This document shows positions 52,179 to 54,618 of a stretch of 54,618 bases of DNA, piece after piece (within the stretch, counting starts at the first letter, position 1; every line of letters begins with the position of its first letter). A model generated the notes under the pieces. It was not told where the DNA came from. It ran no database searches and was given only the letters and a program-made list of their open reading frames with translations. The DNA is from a virus. Lineage: Duplodnaviria; Caudoviricetes. The stretch is taken from positions 1 through 54,618 of the IMG/VR virus record IMGVR_UViG_3300025759_000009; one strand, given 5' to 3'. The position numbers and the translations under genes are program-made.

Positions 52179-54618
52179 TTATCTCATGCCACTCATGAAG
52201 TTGTCTATATTGGGAGTCACAACACCGCCATTAGCAAACTTATCAATGTTACGCGTTACAACTCCGCCCTTGTTAAAGCTCGGGCGACGAATGGTTAGTC
52301 CACCCACTTTAGGCAGAGACGTTTCAGGCGGAGCAGGGTCGTCTATCACCGGCAATGGTATTCGCGGCTTGAGTTTAACTTTGCCTGTGCCGTCACCTAT
52401 TTCATCAATAGGCATACAAATGCCCTCTACTGGATCAAATTCAAAGCCCTCTTCACAAATCGGAATGTTATCGTCGTTGTCATTATCAACTCCTACTGTA
52501 GACGTTGTTGTAACCACGCCGTCCTCAGTGTTTGTGTAGCCACGATCAGAATCTACAATATCAATGTCAAACTCTTCACCGTCAGCATTCGCATTAGATG
52601 TTTTCACATCATCTACACCAATAGCGTCGCCAGTAACCTGAATTTTTCCATCTTCGTCGTAAAGAACTACCGTGTCGTTCTGACCATCGTTATCAGCGTC
52701 ATAGTTAGCTTCCGCAATGCCAACAACAGTCTTGCCATCATCGTCGTAAACAAACGTGCCGCCATTCTTGTAAGCATCAAGCTGCTCTTGAACATACTTC
52801 TTGTTTTGACCAACAATCGTAAAGTCCTCGCCAAAGACGCTCAATGGATTAATAAACAGATCAAAAGCACTAGCCGCAAAATCACCTAGCTTGTCGCCAA
52901 AGCTCTGCGCCGTCACATAATCACCAGCCTTGTAAATCGGCTCCCCGTCAGCACCAATTATTTCGCTGTCCTTCGCGTGACGCGCATTACTCAACAAGTC
53001 ATTTAGATAAGCCGTCTCAGCCGCATTCGGTGTCTGGCCGCGAGCACCATACAAAGCACGCTGCTCTTCGTCACTTAGTCTGACTGTAGAGTTTGGATCA
53101 TTAGGATCGTAGTTAGGATCAGATACCTTCGCCATAGCCGACAAATACAAGTCAGTACCACTCTGACCAGTCTCAGTAGACGCAGCCTGATTGATCTCTT
53201 GCTCGGTAGGTATGTCGGTAGTTGTAGCTGCTCCAGTGTCTTCCTGATTGTTCTGATCAGATAAGATGTCCAAGCCGCTCATGTCAGCTTCAGCGCGAGC
53301 TAGAGCCTCGTCAGAAGACACTGAAGTCTCAACGGGACTCATGCCTAAATCCATTCTGTAATCACGAAGGGCTTCAGCGCCTTCATTTTGGAAAATATCC
53401 GCCGCATCTTCGATGGCTTCAATATCACTGGTTGTCTTATCAACAAGGAAGTCAGGAACAACATCGCTTTGTTCATCATTGTATAAATCTTGCTCAAACG
53501 CCTCTAAGCCAGTTAGGGAAGGGTCAGTGAAGTCCGTATCAACCAAGCTATCAAGGTAATTCTGAAACGCTAAGTCTTTGCCAGCCTCAGCTAAAGTCTC
53601 ATTCGGCACAAGTGATTCCTCTAAAGCATCCCTTTCATTAATCAAAGCCTCTAGTTCAACATTGCCGTCAGTAGAAACCGTACTAAAGTCAGTAGATAGG
53701 TCATCGTCCGTAGCTCCAACCCCAGTAGGAATCGCACTAAAGTCTGTGGCAAGATCGTCGTCTGTAGCTCCAACACCAGTATTAACAAAATCTAAAGCAT
53801 CGTCAGGCAAGTCATCAACATAGTCATAACGACCAGTATCTAATCCACCAGAAGCACCCAACGCCTGATCGCCATCGTAAGTAATCGGAGCATCATCACC
53901 ACCAAGAGCCATGTCAGTTATAGCCGAAGGTGTTTTATTAGCACCCTCAAGATTAATACCCGTATCACCAACCTTGGTCAAAGCATCAACATCAATTGGA
54001 GCGACGCCAAGCTCGCCTAAAAGCTCATTCGTTTCATCCAAGAAACTAAAGTCCAAAGGCTCTAAATCATAATCAGTGTCACCAGTCAGTATGTTCTCAC
54101 GCATACTGTCAATCTCTTCATCAGAAACACCAGCACTACTTAAAATATCCGCGTAACTTATTTCAGAACCAGTCGGATCAGGAACCGCCGAAGAAACAGG
54201 CTGTGACATGACCGTGTATTCGTCTTCGTCATACGCCTCGCGCTGGGCCGCAGCATTTGCCGCTGCTATCTCAGCAGCCGTAGGCTCATCAAAAGCCGCC
54301 GCCATATTAGCCGCCGCTTGCGCCGCAGCCTGTTCAGCCGCCGCATCAGCCGCAGCCGCTTCAGCTTGCGAGCCATAAGGGTTTCCAAGAGCGTCATAAT
54401 AAACAGAAGGTGGAGCAGGAGGATCAAGATCAGGAATAGGAGCTACATAAAGATCATCATCATCCGCAGTGGCAGTAGACGTGTAATCAGAGCCGCTGCC
54501 AGTCGTCGTATAATCAACATCCGCAGCATAATCACTGTCCGTCAAATTAATCCCACCAGCAGCGTCAATAGCCGCGTTTAACTCATCAGACGTAGGCGTG
54601 TAATCCTCGTCGTCAAAA
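52179..54618 (-). CDS. C-terminal part of the 1079-aa acidic putative virion protein (continues from 927..1)
   Basis: Very Asp-rich; duplicated TGVGATDDDL.TDFS; CEEGFEFDPVEGICMP Cys motif; two terminal FxxGGVV repeats. Confidence 0.9.
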   Translation of the reverse strand, partial: FDDEDYTPTSDELNAAIDAAGGINLTDSDYAADVDYTTTGSGSDYTSTATADDDDLYVAPIPDLDPPAPPSVYYDALGNPYGSQAEAAAADAAAEQAAAQAAANMAAAFDEPTAAEIAAANAAAQREAYDEDEYTVMSQPVSSAVPDPTGSEISYADILSSAGVSDEEIDSMRENILTGDTDYDLEPLDFSFLDETNELLGELGVAPIDVDALTKVGDTGINLEGANKTPSAITDMALGGDDAPITYDGDQALGASGGLDTGRYDYVDDLPDDALDFVNTGVGATDDDLATDFSAIPTGVGATDDDLSTDFSTVSTDGNVELEALINERDALEESLVPNETLAEAGKDLAFQNYLDSLVDTDFTDPSLTGLEAFEQDLYNDEQSDVVPDFLVDKTTSDIEAIEDAADIFQNEGAEALRDYRMDLGMSPVETSVSSDEALARAEADMSGLDILSDQNNQEDTGAATTTDIPTEQEINQAASTETGQSGTDLYLSAMAKVSDPNYDPNDPNSTVRLSDEEQRALYGARGQTPNAAETAYLNDLLSNARHAKDSEIIGADGEPIYKAGDYVTAQSFGDKLGDFAASAFDLFINPLSVFGEDFTIVGQNKKYVQEQLDAYKNGGTFVYDDDGKTVVGIAEANYDADNDGQNDTVVLYDEDGKIQVTGDAIGVDDVKTSNANADGEEFDIDIVDSDRGYTNTEDGVVTTTSTVGVDNDNDDNIPICEEGFEFDPVEGICMPIDEIGDGTGKVKLKPRIPLPVIDDPAPPETSLPKVGGLTIRRPSFNKGGVVTRNIDKFANGGVVTPNIDNFMSGMR
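54492..54618. repeat. Terminal direct repeat, copy 2 (circular assembly overlap)
   Basis: Identical to 1-127. Confidence 0.97.

Noticed and set aside
1-54618. Prophage/integration module or alternative genetic code
   Set aside because: No integrase, att-flanking host genes or CI-like repressor recognised. Conserved genes are intact under code 11 and use all three stop codons.
52179-54618. Canonical RTX toxin
   Set aside because: No tandem GGxGxDxUx nonapeptides, no hydrophobic pore domain and no type I secretion genes; only compositional similarity.

Overview
The window is an apparently complete, circularly assembled tailed-phage genome of 54,491 bp. The first 127 nt repeat exactly as the last 127 nt, and one ORF runs across the junction. 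The morphogenesis operon is podovirus-style and lies on the minus strand: TerL, portal, GroES, scaffold, major capsid, adaptor/nozzle proteins, tail fibre, lysis genes and four large ejection-type proteins. Its capsid and tail genes resemble, from recall, those of marine HTVC010P-type phages, and an alphaproteobacterial host is inferred. A polymerase-less replication/recombination module encodes a primase-AAA helicase, a Cas4-like exonuclease, an SF2 helicase, an SSB-like protein and a Sak4-like ATPase. The early/accessory region (about 1-12 kb) encodes TerS, an amidoligase-HTH fusion, a gamma-glutamylcyclotransferase, a cupin and several HTH proteins. I saw no integrase, DNA/RNA polymerase, tRNA or CRISPR array. 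The most notable signals are: (1) a divergent RTX-activating (HlyC-type) acyltransferase coupled to a 1079-aa acidic protein that the ORF track splits at the junction; (2) a short [FYM]xxGGxV motif and related C-terminal tags shared by otherwise unrelated putative virion proteins; (3) a Q/G/Y/M prion-like protein; (4) three candidate structured RNAs (kissing-loop, multibranch, H-type pseudoknot); (5) a dispersed AACCCGAACAATT palindromic site beside early promoters; and (6) an iteron-like TGACGTA array. All family assignments come from motif recognition by eye, not from database searches.
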